Assembly: GCA_900128395.1 (NCBI GenBank)
Contig: LT649262.1
Span: 1-52,759, forward strand
Reading direction: 5' to 3'
DNA length: 52,759 nt
From: Stramenopiles sp. TOSAG23-2
Lineage: Eukaryota
Numbering within the stretch: the stretch's first letter is position 1; each line of letters opens with the position of its first letter. A model generated the notes under the pieces. The model was not told where the DNA came from. It saw only the letters and a list, made by a program, of their open reading frames with translations, and searched no databases. Below are positions 43,101-52,759 of this stretch, in pieces. The translations under genes and the position numbers were made by a program.

Positions 43101-45249
43101 CTTCGATTCTTTTTCTCGCATATTCTTTTTGCATTTTATCTTTGAAAGCCTCATCGTCTTCGTGTATCTTCAAAAATTTACGTTCTATCTCTGCACTTTC
43201 ACGATATTGCTCATATTTTTTCAGCTCTTCAAGGAATCTGTTGTAACAATTTATTTTTAATCTATTGGCATATCCTATCAAATTTTTAGAAAATTCTTTT
43301 TCTGGACCAGTGCGGTCTTTTCGGTTCTCAAGTAGCCATGTATGATATTTGATGCAATTATCAAACATCAAGTTCACATCTGTTAAGAAAATAGACGCTG
43401 GCTTGTCTTCGTATTTATTCACTTTCATGCCATTATTACTGTCATCTTTACTATTTATGTTTTTCAATATCTCTTCAACGCACATTTGGTTACCACCAAT
43501 TATTTCAAAATAATTTTTTTGTTCCATTTGTACATATTCTTTATATTTTGCATCTGTCATACCAACACTATGTTTGTTCCGAAAAGCGGTTCTTTCCTCT
43601 GGTGTCGGTACGTAGTTTGGCACGACTGGTTTTTCAAAAACATCTTTACCAGTAAATCGCTTTGCCACGCTTTTATTCATCATAATATATCTTTCAAGGA
43701 TTTCTTTGTGAATCCTCGTCATTAATGAATCAAAGTCTTGAAGGATTCCGCGAGGAACCATTTCCCGTGTTATTATTTCATCGGTGGGTATGTGCAATAT
43801 AGAATTGTCTTCTAATTTTGTACCTTTTGAAATTTTATTTCTTTCGCACCATTCAAACCATACTCGATTGCATCTTACCATTATTTCTGGCGTCAAAAGC
43901 AACACGTTTAACGAAGTACCTATGGTATTACGTATCCTTTCTTGATGATAAGTATGCTTCAAATTTTGTACGATGTTCTTAATTTGCTCCCCTTTTGCCT
44001 GATCTTTATATTCTCGGCATTTATACACCCATAGACCTCGATTAAGAGTGAGTGTTCCACCCGCTAGGCTTTTGTAACCTGGCTGTTTTCTTCTACGTGG
44101 TGCTTGCAATTTATATGTCAATATCAGATCGCTAATCGTTCTTTTATCTGTTAATCGGTTAATTCGTTCAATTGGAAGCTTTACTACATTTAAAGCAGAA
44201 ATTAATTCGTCATTTATCTTTATCAAACTTTGTTCCAACACTTTTCTATTATTCGTGTTATTATTGCTCAAATCATTTAATCCATTCAAAGCTTTTAATA
44301 AATTCTCGCCGGCTGGTTTAACTTTAAATGGAAAATCTAGTTTACGCAAGTTCATTAACAAATATATGCGATATTCGCCATAATAAACATTACCAGTTTC
44401 AAAGTATTTTAATCTTAAATAATCTGATACAATTCTGAATAATTTACGTGATTCGTCTAACGTATCAGCATTTCGAGCAACAAATAATGATTCTGCTAAC
44501 TTGACAGCAGATTGAAAGTAATTTAAATCCCAGTGAGCATTGTCTCTAATAGCATTGACGGACTCGATGCAATACGTTTGAAAGTGTTGGTCCACCTGTT
44601 CTTGAAGCAATACTTTGTGCCAATGGTAAATTTTTTGGCGTGTACTTAGTGAAATCTTCATAAACATTTCACGTAAAAATGGCATTGGATTCTTTTCATT
44701 TTTTGGATTACCTTTATCCCACAAGTTTTTCAAAAGGCCCGCAAGTTCTTGTGAAATATTTTTCGGCTGAATACGATTAATTACTTCAAGTGTAACGGCT
44801 TGAAATTCGTCATTATCCATAAGCTCGTAATAACCTGTTTTGAAAATCCGCTTTGTTAAGCATAAAATCAAATTATCTTGGTTCATATTGGATAAATCTG
44901 ATTTAATATCTTCACATAATTCTTTTATAAGTATTTGATTTACTTCGTGCGGTGGCACACCAAGCATATCCAGCATTACAATTGCAGGCCCAATTGATGG
45001 AGGTCGTACCGGAATTTTTGCCTGCAACAAATGTGTACGCATTGTCGTGATACGGGATTTTTGCAAGTTTTCTTTCAGATAATCTTGGCCACGTTTGCCT
45101 ACAAGCCTTTCGACTTTGTTTATATTAGAAATATTTGCTTGTGGCGACCTACTACCACTAGCACTTAAATGCCTAGGGCTTGGGCTGGTGCTTAAACTCA
45201 TTATACGCGAAATATTATTATTATTATTATTATTTGCTTGCACAGACAT
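40129..45249 (-). CDS. NELF-B-like multi-bromodomain protein (copy 2)
   Basis: Translation identical to 17588-22708. Confidence 0.8.
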   Translation of the reverse strand: MSVQANNNNNNNISRIMSLSTSPSPRHLSASGSRSPQANISNINKVERLVGKRGQDYLKENLQKSRITTMRTHLLQAKIPVRPPSIGPAIVMLDMLGVPPHEVNQILIKELCEDIKSDLSNMNQDNLILCLTKRIFKTGYYELMDNDEFQAVTLEVINRIQPKNISQELAGLLKNLWDKGNPKNEKNPMPFLREMFMKISLSTRQKIYHWHKVLLQEQVDQHFQTYCIESVNAIRDNAHWDLNYFQSAVKLAESLFVARNADTLDESRKLFRIVSDYLRLKYFETGNVYYGEYRIYLLMNLRKLDFPFKVKPAGENLLKALNGLNDLSNNNTNNRKVLEQSLIKINDELISALNVVKLPIERINRLTDKRTISDLILTYKLQAPRRRKQPGYKSLAGGTLTLNRGLWVYKCREYKDQAKGEQIKNIVQNLKHTYHQERIRNTIGTSLNVLLLTPEIMVRCNRVWFEWCERNKISKGTKLEDNSILHIPTDEIITREMVPRGILQDFDSLMTRIHKEILERYIMMNKSVAKRFTGKDVFEKPVVPNYVPTPEERTAFRNKHSVGMTDAKYKEYVQMEQKNYFEIIGGNQMCVEEILKNINSKDDSNNGMKVNKYEDKPASIFLTDVNLMFDNCIKYHTWLLENRKDRTGPEKEFSKNLIGYANRLKINCYNRFLEELKKYEQYRESAEIERKFLKIHEDDEAFKDKMQKEYARKRIEERKSKSKSRGRGRPRTISKSQSKPAISTSSTSPIISTAGGSSNSNPVSNKMKTATAEVATTTTTTTTTTTTTTSTTALAPVKTEEIKSNNDKIASPTNQVSASVTAQIPAGGQSLIVEATGTNQNSNPEGLKNAMSSTLQYMKNADPSGLFAKVDVLLTLNKYTEFIERPMSFFEVEKSLNDNKYTSKIEFQNDVNLIFDNCIKYHNSSHSVYNQKIRKSMVATSNTKKRELKKKFTEELKKVGLYTPPRRGRQKGWQNNNKNNNNVSNKMLAGFAQYSGSSNQKRFVVHLSKNQRVEKCYLYLRNAVKNDPYKGVFPKNLKDRTVKALIKGGKYFARSGVFTLAHINDKIRNEEYNNENAEAMFVADMNRIYDDCMEHYKQYKDAFFYSWAKYSKDKLEKIVDKFLNEEPPFPGENKNMQSGDIMYKKMLDCLLQCCKSDEQRTNPNFQYFFSIPVSITRFPHYTSMIERPMDYLTIRKNLDNKIYAHPQAFVDDMYLIYDNALLFNLSNEKFNRFIQKEKDMFSNLTFVQEVKKSNRKRKKSHSPMIRPKKSISTSRTTRSGSRSSYAQSGSRDSRSVSKSRAGPTEFLKEDVMRGLLDILMILDSPVIKQQLHSVLTGIYRRSLLTDDSANVNENSDNMMAVDNDDNVLQAFPGPSLLGGADLTKETVNETSVTSPRLHDDNIEFPTKFKLPTENLLLRQISRWVCFGSSSSCLRKDTYGYTYFNEILKSKKDHFCQALVRIDSDEIFYEEDDKPHNMKLNPEYMQTQTVDTYDYILRNVLPRIGSSILKSFVAKKAFIEKNVVPDNLKFDDWKIYLNKFTYLQCARTVDDRKNYRLRETNKSLGLYFSILRQFVAATMEQILDGDTFFTRAALNQFLHHVKVVDLVETNFNELLFSTLCKYSEKCGKYTSQFETDMINVIVLSYFKPMLTKLMNNNETLKKNFITTIQQMKEKYSDNDAVQMLVMEEDNSSSNGGRAIKKRKISSE

Positions 45250-45814
45250 GTTTCTTTAATATTACAATAAATATGTTATAAATGTATTTGTATTTCGTCG
45301 AAAATTGACATAAACAAATGATCCAAACAAAAATAGTTGTTTACCTTGAAAAGGTTATATCTTCAATATACAAATTGTATATACTTTTTTGTTTCTAATT
45401 TTCTTTGTTCTTTTATTATTTCTATATTAATGTAATACATAATTAAACTAAAACATTTATTCATTTTTTTTCATGTGCTAACCAGTATACCAATAATACT
45501 ATAAAAAATAATACTTGTAAGTCTTAATAAATTTAAGGAGGGAAATGTTGCAAATCCAGGAACATCACATCATCATGATTTTTCATGAATTATCACCAAA
45601 ACAACAACAAACATAGAGCTACTGGCATAACATACAGCAGTGGCACACAGTGCACGTACTACTATATATATTATTTTCAAAAAAAATACAAACTAACAAA
45701 AAAAATAGATTTATTATTCTTTAGATACACATGATATGAAAAGAAAAAGTTACCGTTTTATGTGCACATCTGTATAGATAGATTAAAAGAAAACAGTTGT
45801 AAAATAATAAAACA

Positions 45815-48800
45815 ATGCCTAATCATAACATATTACATGTAGCAGAAAAAAATTCAGTAGCAAAGTCAATAACACCTATATTGTCACGTGGCAACTTTCG
45901 TACTAAACATGGTTATGAAAAATATTGTCCTTTGTATTGTTTTGAATCTAATTTTCGTGGTAGAAATAGACAACACGTTGTAACATCTGTGATGGGTCAT
46001 TTAATGTCGACAGATTTCACAGATGAATACAGAAGTTGGAATTCGTGTACACCGGAACAGCTATTTACTGCACCAATCGTCGAATTTGTTCCTGATAAAT
46101 TTAAAAACTTAGAACGACAATTAAAATCAGAAGCTCGAAATTGTGATACTGTTGTTCTATGGCTTGACTGTGATAGAGAAGGTGAAGCAATTGCAAACGA
46201 AGTCGTAAATGTTTGTCGTAATGCCGCTCGTAGAAATTTGAATATATTGCGGGCACATTTTTCCGCTGTCAATGCTACAGAAGTTAATCGAGCTATGTCA
46301 AATTTAAGAAGTTTAAATGAGAATGTTGTAAATGCAGTGAAAGCAAGGCAAGAAATTGATTTGCGTTTAGGTGCTTTATTTACTAGATGGCAAACGAAGT
46401 TACTTCAGCAAACATATACTTTGAACGTTGTTAGTTATGGTCCATGTCAATTTCCAACGTTAGGCTTCGTCGTAGATCGTTTTACACGCATTGAAAATTT
46501 TGAACAAGAAACATTTTGGAAAATAAAATGTGAATATGGTGATTCAGATGATAAGCAAGATGGTTTAAATTTTTGTGAATTTTCATGGAAACGTGCACAT
46601 CCAGGTTTATTTAATCGTGCATGTGCCACTATGTTATTAGAAACATGTGTTGAAAATCCCGTAGCAAGAGTAGTGAAAGTGTTAAAAAATTCTACGCGAA
46701 AGTTTAAACCTATGCCATTAGCGACGACGACACTTGGGATGAGCATGAGTCGATGGCGGCGTATAACAGCGAAAAGGGCATTAGATGCTGCCGAAAAGTT
46801 ATATCAAAAAGGTTACATTAGTTATCCTCGTACAGAAACGGAAGTTTTTCGACCTGAATTTGATTTCCAAGCGATATTGCAAGAACAAACACAAAGTAAC
46901 ACGTGGGGCAATTATGCAACAGAATTACTTCAACCACAGAATTTTGTAAGACCTAGAGCTGGTAATGGTGATGATAAAGCGCATCCACCGATACATCCAG
47001 TAAAATTTGTCGATGTAAATAGCTTGGAAAGTCGAGATGAAAAGGAAGTTTATGAATTTGTGGTGAGACATTTTTTAGCATGTTGTAGCAAAGATGCTTT
47101 AGGAAATAAAACTGTTGTTGATATTAAAATAGCAGATGAATATTTTTCTGCTCAAGGGTTACAAATTCTTGAGCGAAATTATTTAAATATTTATATGTAT
47201 GACCGATGGAATGGAAAAAAGGTACCAAGTTTCGAAGAAGGCAATGAGTTCGAGCCATCAGCGTTGGAATTAAAAGATGGAAAAACAAATCCACCACCAT
47301 TACTGAAAGAACATGATTTAATGCGTATGATGGAAAGTGCTGGGATTGGAACAGATGCAACTATTGCACAACATATTGAGACAATTAAGACACGTGAATA
47401 CGTCACCGAGCAACAAGATCAAACATTGAAACCAACAGCAGTAGGCATTGGCCTGGTTCGTGCGTATCAAACGTTAGAGATGGACTTTGATAAGCCGAGT
47501 TTACGTGCTCAAATGGAAGCAGATTGTAAACAAATTGAAGCAGGAAGGAAAAACAAGGACAATGTTATTCTAGCATGTATGACAGCAATGCGAGGGCGTT
47601 TTTCATCTTTAAAGAATAAAACCTTGGAATGGCAAGCAAAGTTCGATGAATTTGTCGATGGCGAAGTAGCGAGAAAATCTGAAAATGCTACTGTCATACA
47701 GCGCAATTTTATGAAATGTGTAAACTGTGGGGGCAACACGAAATTTGATTTAATGAGACTTTCCGATAATAACAATCGCAATAATGACAATAGATTTTTG
47801 TTGTGTAAAAAATGTAAAAAAAATTATCCAATACCGCGGAAAGGTCAATTGGAACCACTTCGAAATAGGACTTGTCCTTTGTGCAACAATATTGTCATCA
47901 AAATCACAACTGATCGGGGCACATCGTATCATGTTTGTCCATCATGTTATAATGTTCCTCCAGGTCGTACTGGTAAATCTGGAACTAGCAATATGAATTG
48001 TTTCAGTTGCCAATTTGGCGAATGTCCGTTGGCTAGCGGACAACAAATTATAGTTCAAGAAAAATGCCGTTCTTGTAATAACGAACCAATGGTATTAAAA
48101 TCAAGGGCAGTGACTGATGGTGAAAGAGGTAGTATGAAATATCGTATTATGTGCAAAAGTAAAAATTGTAAAAATGAAAACATTTATTTCCCCGACTCAG
48201 CTGTGAAGAAAATAGTTCTCCCCAGCGATATTAATAGTCGACGAGAATGTTCCCGATGTGGTATGCAAAAATTATTAATCACATTGAAATATAGCTCGGT
48301 TCCGCCTGGTACGAACTTGGAAACGTTGCGATGTCCACGCTGTGATAAAACGTTGCGTGATTTGAAAGGCGACCGTGGTGGAGGTAATGGTGGTGGTGGT
48401 AGTAGTAGTAGGCGTAGACGATCCACAACAACAACCACTACTACAACAACGAATAATAATAGAAATGGTCGTTCCGGGCAGGCACATATTCAAATGCAGT
48501 ACAATAACAATAATATTAGTAGAAACAACAATAATAACAATAACAACAGCAATAATTATAGTAACAGCAACTATTCTTATAATGATAATCATAATAATAA
48601 TAACAACAATAATTCTTATAACAATAACCGTGGCAACTACAACGGCCAACAGCAATTGTCGCAACAGCAGCAACGAGGACCTAAAAAGGCTCGCAGTAGA
48701 CCTCCATCATCTAATCTCACTTGTAAATGTAATTGCGGCAAGCCTGCAGTTAAATTTACATCGAGGAGTGAAAAGAATCCGAACAGGGAGTTTTTCAAAT

Positions 48801-49075
48801 GTGTAGACGCCAAAAATGGCGGATGTGATTTTTTTAAATGGGTTGATGAGGTGGAAAATAATAATGGTGGTAGTAATTATGATGGCCAACAACAACGAAG
48901 ACCGAAGAAATCTCGTGGTAGGCCACCATCGTCTGCAAAAATTTGTTATTGCACAAATTGTGGTAAACCTGCATCCAAATTTACTTCTAGGAGTGAGAAG
49001 AATCCAAATAGAGAATTTTTCAGTTGCAAGGCGCAAGAAAATTGCAACTTTTTCCAATGGGTAGATGAGATGTAG
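45815..49075 (+). CDS. TOP3A: DNA topoisomerase III alpha (copy 2)
   Basis: Translation identical to 23274-26534. Confidence 0.96.
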   Translation: MPNHNILHVAEKNSVAKSITPILSRGNFRTKHGYEKYCPLYCFESNFRGRNRQHVVTSVMGHLMSTDFTDEYRSWNSCTPEQLFTAPIVEFVPDKFKNLERQLKSEARNCDTVVLWLDCDREGEAIANEVVNVCRNAARRNLNILRAHFSAVNATEVNRAMSNLRSLNENVVNAVKARQEIDLRLGALFTRWQTKLLQQTYTLNVVSYGPCQFPTLGFVVDRFTRIENFEQETFWKIKCEYGDSDDKQDGLNFCEFSWKRAHPGLFNRACATMLLETCVENPVARVVKVLKNSTRKFKPMPLATTTLGMSMSRWRRITAKRALDAAEKLYQKGYISYPRTETEVFRPEFDFQAILQEQTQSNTWGNYATELLQPQNFVRPRAGNGDDKAHPPIHPVKFVDVNSLESRDEKEVYEFVVRHFLACCSKDALGNKTVVDIKIADEYFSAQGLQILERNYLNIYMYDRWNGKKVPSFEEGNEFEPSALELKDGKTNPPPLLKEHDLMRMMESAGIGTDATIAQHIETIKTREYVTEQQDQTLKPTAVGIGLVRAYQTLEMDFDKPSLRAQMEADCKQIEAGRKNKDNVILACMTAMRGRFSSLKNKTLEWQAKFDEFVDGEVARKSENATVIQRNFMKCVNCGGNTKFDLMRLSDNNNRNNDNRFLLCKKCKKNYPIPRKGQLEPLRNRTCPLCNNIVIKITTDRGTSYHVCPSCYNVPPGRTGKSGTSNMNCFSCQFGECPLASGQQIIVQEKCRSCNNEPMVLKSRAVTDGERGSMKYRIMCKSKNCKNENIYFPDSAVKKIVLPSDINSRRECSRCGMQKLLITLKYSSVPPGTNLETLRCPRCDKTLRDLKGDRGGGNGGGGSSSRRRRSTTTTTTTTTNNNRNGRSGQAHIQMQYNNNNISRNNNNNNNNSNNYSNSNYSYNDNHNNNNNNNSYNNNRGNYNGQQQLSQQQQRGPKKARSRPPSSNLTCKCNCGKPAVKFTSRSEKNPNREFFKCVDAKNGGCDFFKWVDEVENNNGGSNYDGQQQRRPKKSRGRPPSSAKICYCTNCGKPASKFTSRSEKNPNREFFSCKAQENCNFFQWVDEM

Positions 49076-49587
49076 TCTTTATACGGTTCCGTATATATAT
49101 AAAAATCAGAGTATATACATATTTATATATATATATATATATATATATCATATAATTTAATTTACGCATAATTTATATAATTATATATAAAAAATTCTCT
49201 TATTTATATTATCATAATTTAAAGATTTTATTTTACTCATAATGTTCATATATATATATATATATAAAAATTAATAATATGCATATCGCATATCTTATTT
49301 TTTTTTATTTTTGAACTCATGATAATTCCTACTCTCCAGAAAGAATACAATAACTGAGAGAACAATATCTATCTCACTGAAACTGAAAGATGGACCAATG
49401 AATCGTAACATTGCGATAGAGTTCAATTGAAATCCACAGAGTGTGCCAATATTTTTTAAAGAGATAAAAACATTGGTGGAGGTAAATATCATATGATAGA
49501 TGCAATTAACACATCATTATATGCATCAATTGAAAACCGTGTATTGTTCAAAGGTGTGTGAGATACATCGTACCGTGTGGTAGTTAA

Positions 49588-50766
49588 TCAAGTAAACGTC
49601 GAATATACTCCAATGTTTGAACCTTGGAATGGCAATTCAATCACCTTGATATTTTCAGGATCCAACGATACGCACCAATCGATTAACTCGTTTTTTGTGG
49701 AGACAACTTTTTTCTCATTCATGTCATTATACACAAAACGATTTGGAAACAAACGGCTAAATACACAGCATGGGACGACTAGAAAAGGTTTCTTATTTTT
49801 AACAGCAAATTCTACAATTGCACCAGTAGCTTGATCTGGGTGTAGTCCGACCACAAAGCTACAATTTTTTAGTAATAAATTGTCTTCATGTGAATTTATA
49901 TTACATATAGGCACATTTAATGCATTATCGTTATTAACATCAACATCACAATTTGTGAAATATGCTTGGCATTTATCATACATAATTGGTTTGTCATTTA
50001 TACATACATAACGAATGTTATTTGGATGATTGCGATACTTATTATCATTACTCTCTTCAGCAGTATTTTTTTTTTCCAATTTTATTTTACCTTCAATAGC
50101 ACGGCGAAGAAATTTTCGATATCGGGAAGGCAAACAACCAACTGATGGAGAGGAATCAAGACATGTAGATTTCACACCACAAAGCGCCAGCCCCAAAGAA
50201 CACCATCCATTTCCACCTGCTACATCTAAAACTCCGCTTCCAGCGTTTAAATAATCTGTTGGCGTTTGATTATCTTTCATTAATGTTGATGTCTTTATCA
50301 TATCCATGATAAACTTTGTAACAATTTCGCCTTGCTTTTGTTTTTCAAATTTATTTATTTTTTTATGCGGTTTATCTTCACCACCATCAGTTACTTTTCT
50401 ATTATTATTATTATTCATTATTATTCCAATTTTCAATTTGTTTATTTTTTCAATATTATAACATCGTTTCATGTGTATTTTTATTTTATCATTTATATCA
50501 TCAACATGAAACAGTTTAGAATCAAAAATATCAAATATACCTGTCACTAAAATATAGTCCCCTATTTTAAATTTTTTCTTTATAGCAGTAGAGTTGTAAC
50601 TTTTCTCAATAATAATATTATAATATTTTGGCAAATTTATTGAATTTAATAATAATAAATTAGGTTGTGTTGTTCCAATTATTTTAAGAATGGTACGTGA
50701 AGGATATATATTGTATTTCACAATTATACCACACATTGAACATTCTTCCAATGAAGGTGAAGACAT
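49588..50766 (-). CDS. Methyltransferase-like protein (copy 2)
   Basis: Translation identical to 27047-28225. Confidence 0.75.
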   Translation of the reverse strand: MSSPSLEECSMCGIIVKYNIYPSRTILKIIGTTQPNLLLLNSINLPKYYNIIIEKSYNSTAIKKKFKIGDYILVTGIFDIFDSKLFHVDDINDKIKIHMKRCYNIEKINKLKIGIIMNNNNNRKVTDGGEDKPHKKINKFEKQKQGEIVTKFIMDMIKTSTLMKDNQTPTDYLNAGSGVLDVAGGNGWCSLGLALCGVKSTCLDSSPSVGCLPSRYRKFLRRAIEGKIKLEKKNTAEESNDNKYRNHPNNIRYVCINDKPIMYDKCQAYFTNCDVDVNNDNALNVPICNINSHEDNLLLKNCSFVVGLHPDQATGAIVEFAVKNKKPFLVVPCCVFSRLFPNRFVYNDMNEKKVVSTKNELIDWCVSLDPENIKVIELPFQGSNIGVYSTFT

Positions 50767-51083
50767 TTTGTTTTACATCATTATACAGGTAGTTACTGTT
50801 GAATTTGTTACATAAATAGATCTTCTTTGACATATAATTGTGATTAGACTATTATACTTCTATATTTTAATAGCACTGGCCACACCTGTACCTATACTTC
50901 TTCTTTTGTCGATGATGACGAATATGCAATTCCATCCATCAATTACAATATTAATACCAGGTAAAGTAGACGACTAGTATACTACTGTGGCCTAGCAAAT
51001 ATTTATTAGGTATTTTGTATTTTTTTTATAATTATTGAAATAATAGCAATACATACTTACATATTCTAGACAAATACATAGTA

Positions 51084-51116
<33 letters not shown>

Positions 51117-51299
51117 TAGTATTATAATAATACCAGAGCTAAAATACCAAGGTACGCCATCAATAATCATTCTAGAGTCTGGCATTTTTATTGAAATTAC
51201 CATATCAATTCAAAAATCATATTAAACAATAATCAATTATAACAACAACATACTACGCATAACTATTGTAATGATGGAAAAGTATTAATCAAAACAATA

Positions 51300-52490
51300 A
51301 TGAACCAATATTCTGCCATTAATAATAAATCACCACCATGGTCAGTGGGAAATTGTTCAGGCAAAACATGGATGAAAGATTTAGAATGCTTAAATAATGT
51401 ATCATTATCTGATATTATTTTGCCTGGATCGCATGATGCTGGAGCCTTTAAGTTGTATTCAACAGAAATATCACCTATTGCACCTGAAATTAATACGTTT
51501 CTTTTTAAATATTGTTGCTGTTGTGTTGTACAAAATTTTGCCATAGCCCAAACTGGTACATTATATGACCAGCTTTGCTGCGGGTCACGATATTTAGATC
51601 TACGTGTAACATATGATATGAAAAAAAGAATTTTAAGGACAGAACATTCTCTTTATGGCTTACCACTATTAACTTTATTTCAGCAAATAGCAAAATTTAT
51701 TAAAGAGAATCCCAGTGAAATTGTTATTTTACATTTGCGCCATTTCAGTATATTGAAGTATTATGATATGGAAATGAAACATCATGAGAAAATTATTCTT
51801 TTGTTAAAAGATATCTTTGATGTTGAACATGATTTTATAGAATCAAGTGAAATAAGCTTACCCGTTAATGAGTTAAAGAAAAGAAATAGAAAAATACTAT
51901 TAGTTTATGGTATACGTGAGAATAATATATCATGTAATAATGCAATCCGTTCTATGCCCTGGATACATATAGAAACTAAAATATTGCCCGGAGGAATTGG
52001 ATGGACCAAATCGACAACGGCTGAACATATGGTATCACAATGGAAATTATTTGCATCAAATAATAATAAACAAACACCATCATTGTCTAATAACAATAAT
52101 AATAATAAACATTTTTATAAGGTTGCAACAGCAATCACACCGAATCCAACTGTAATTACAAATGGTGTATTGAATTGTATATTTTGTTGTTTATGTCGTA
52201 TTGTATGTAAAACTTCGTGTAGAAAACCAGCTGGATTAAAAGAAGTCTCTGATATAGCAAGCGATGCTATCATTGAAGAAATTCAAACATTAGTTGACAA
52301 CAATATACGATTAAATATTTTAGATATAGATCACGTAGTACGCCAACAAAAAAGAATAAATCTAATTGAAAAAATTATTTTATTGAATAAAAAGCAATGC
52401 GGTAAAGACGACTATCGAGTAGTAGACGTTATAGACGAAGATGGGGTGATGATGGTGGTTGATAATGATAGAATTGGCAACGCGAAATAA
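51300..52490 (+). CDS. PI-PLC X-domain protein (copy 2)
   Basis: Translation identical to 28759-29949. Confidence 0.9.
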   Translation: MNQYSAINNKSPPWSVGNCSGKTWMKDLECLNNVSLSDIILPGSHDAGAFKLYSTEISPIAPEINTFLFKYCCCCVVQNFAIAQTGTLYDQLCCGSRYLDLRVTYDMKKRILRTEHSLYGLPLLTLFQQIAKFIKENPSEIVILHLRHFSILKYYDMEMKHHEKIILLLKDIFDVEHDFIESSEISLPVNELKKRNRKILLVYGIRENNISCNNAIRSMPWIHIETKILPGGIGWTKSTTAEHMVSQWKLFASNNNKQTPSLSNNNNNNKHFYKVATAITPNPTVITNGVLNCIFCCLCRIVCKTSCRKPAGLKEVSDIASDAIIEEIQTLVDNNIRLNILDIDHVVRQQKRINLIEKIILLNKKQCGKDDYRVVDVIDEDGVMMVVDNDRIGNAK

Positions 52491-52759
52491 TGTAAAGGGG
52501 CGGGGCCTATGAATACCTGGAATACAAATATAATATATATTTGATTTGTTGGGCCAGTGGGCACTATTTATTGATATAATAAATATAACAATATTTACCA
52601 TTACATCTCGCATATTTTCCATCAAATTTCATCATTTTCAACATTTTCGACCTAAATTCTTATAATTCCTTGTTTTGATGATGGATTTTTCATTTCATTA
52701 CATGAAAACAAAGGAAAAACATTGAAAATACCTTTTTAAACTTAGGCTCCACTAGTATA

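Larger units (their letters stand above)
31128..52759 (+). repeat. Segmental tandem duplication, copy 2 (runs to window end)
   Basis: Constant offset of 22,541 from copy 1. The window end CTTAGGCTCCACTAGTATA matches 30200-30218. Confidence 0.98.

Noticed and set aside
8587-52759. Duplicated unit as a giant transposon, virus or Polinton
   Set aside because: No transposase, integrase, capsid or polymerase gene and no terminal repeats. The Ulp1 protease and TOP3A look like ordinary cellular genes.
1-52759. CRISPR array, rRNA or tRNA genes
   Set aside because: No regularly spaced repeat-spacer units or recognisable structural RNA motifs were seen by eye.

Overview
AT-rich, gene-dense eukaryotic nuclear DNA. 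The genes appear intronless, use the standard code and carry poly-Asn/Thr tracts; a protist is likely, possibly a stramenopile, but the taxon cannot be fixed from sequence alone. Positions 1-7.3 kb are single copy: the 3' part of valyl-tRNA synthetase (split by an N gap), an aldo-keto reductase, a membrane protein and a coiled-coil protein. From about 8587 the window is a near-perfect 22,541-bp direct tandem duplication (8587-30218 = 31128-52759; two SNPs seen, no net indel). The duplicated unit holds a Ulp2/SENP6-7-type SUMO protease, a small membrane protein, a TRIC/UPF0126 protein, a secreted bacterial-like protein, an EcKL/APH-like kinase, a 1706-aa protein, TOP3A, a methyltransferase-like protein and a PI-PLC-X protein. 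Two observations stand out. (1) The 1706-aa protein looks like NELF-B/COBRA1 split by an insertion of about 950 aa with four bromodomains and an AT-hook. (2) The two SUMO-protease copies have clearly diverged 5' regions fused to identical remainders, which points to a recombination-generated chimera or an assembly loop.
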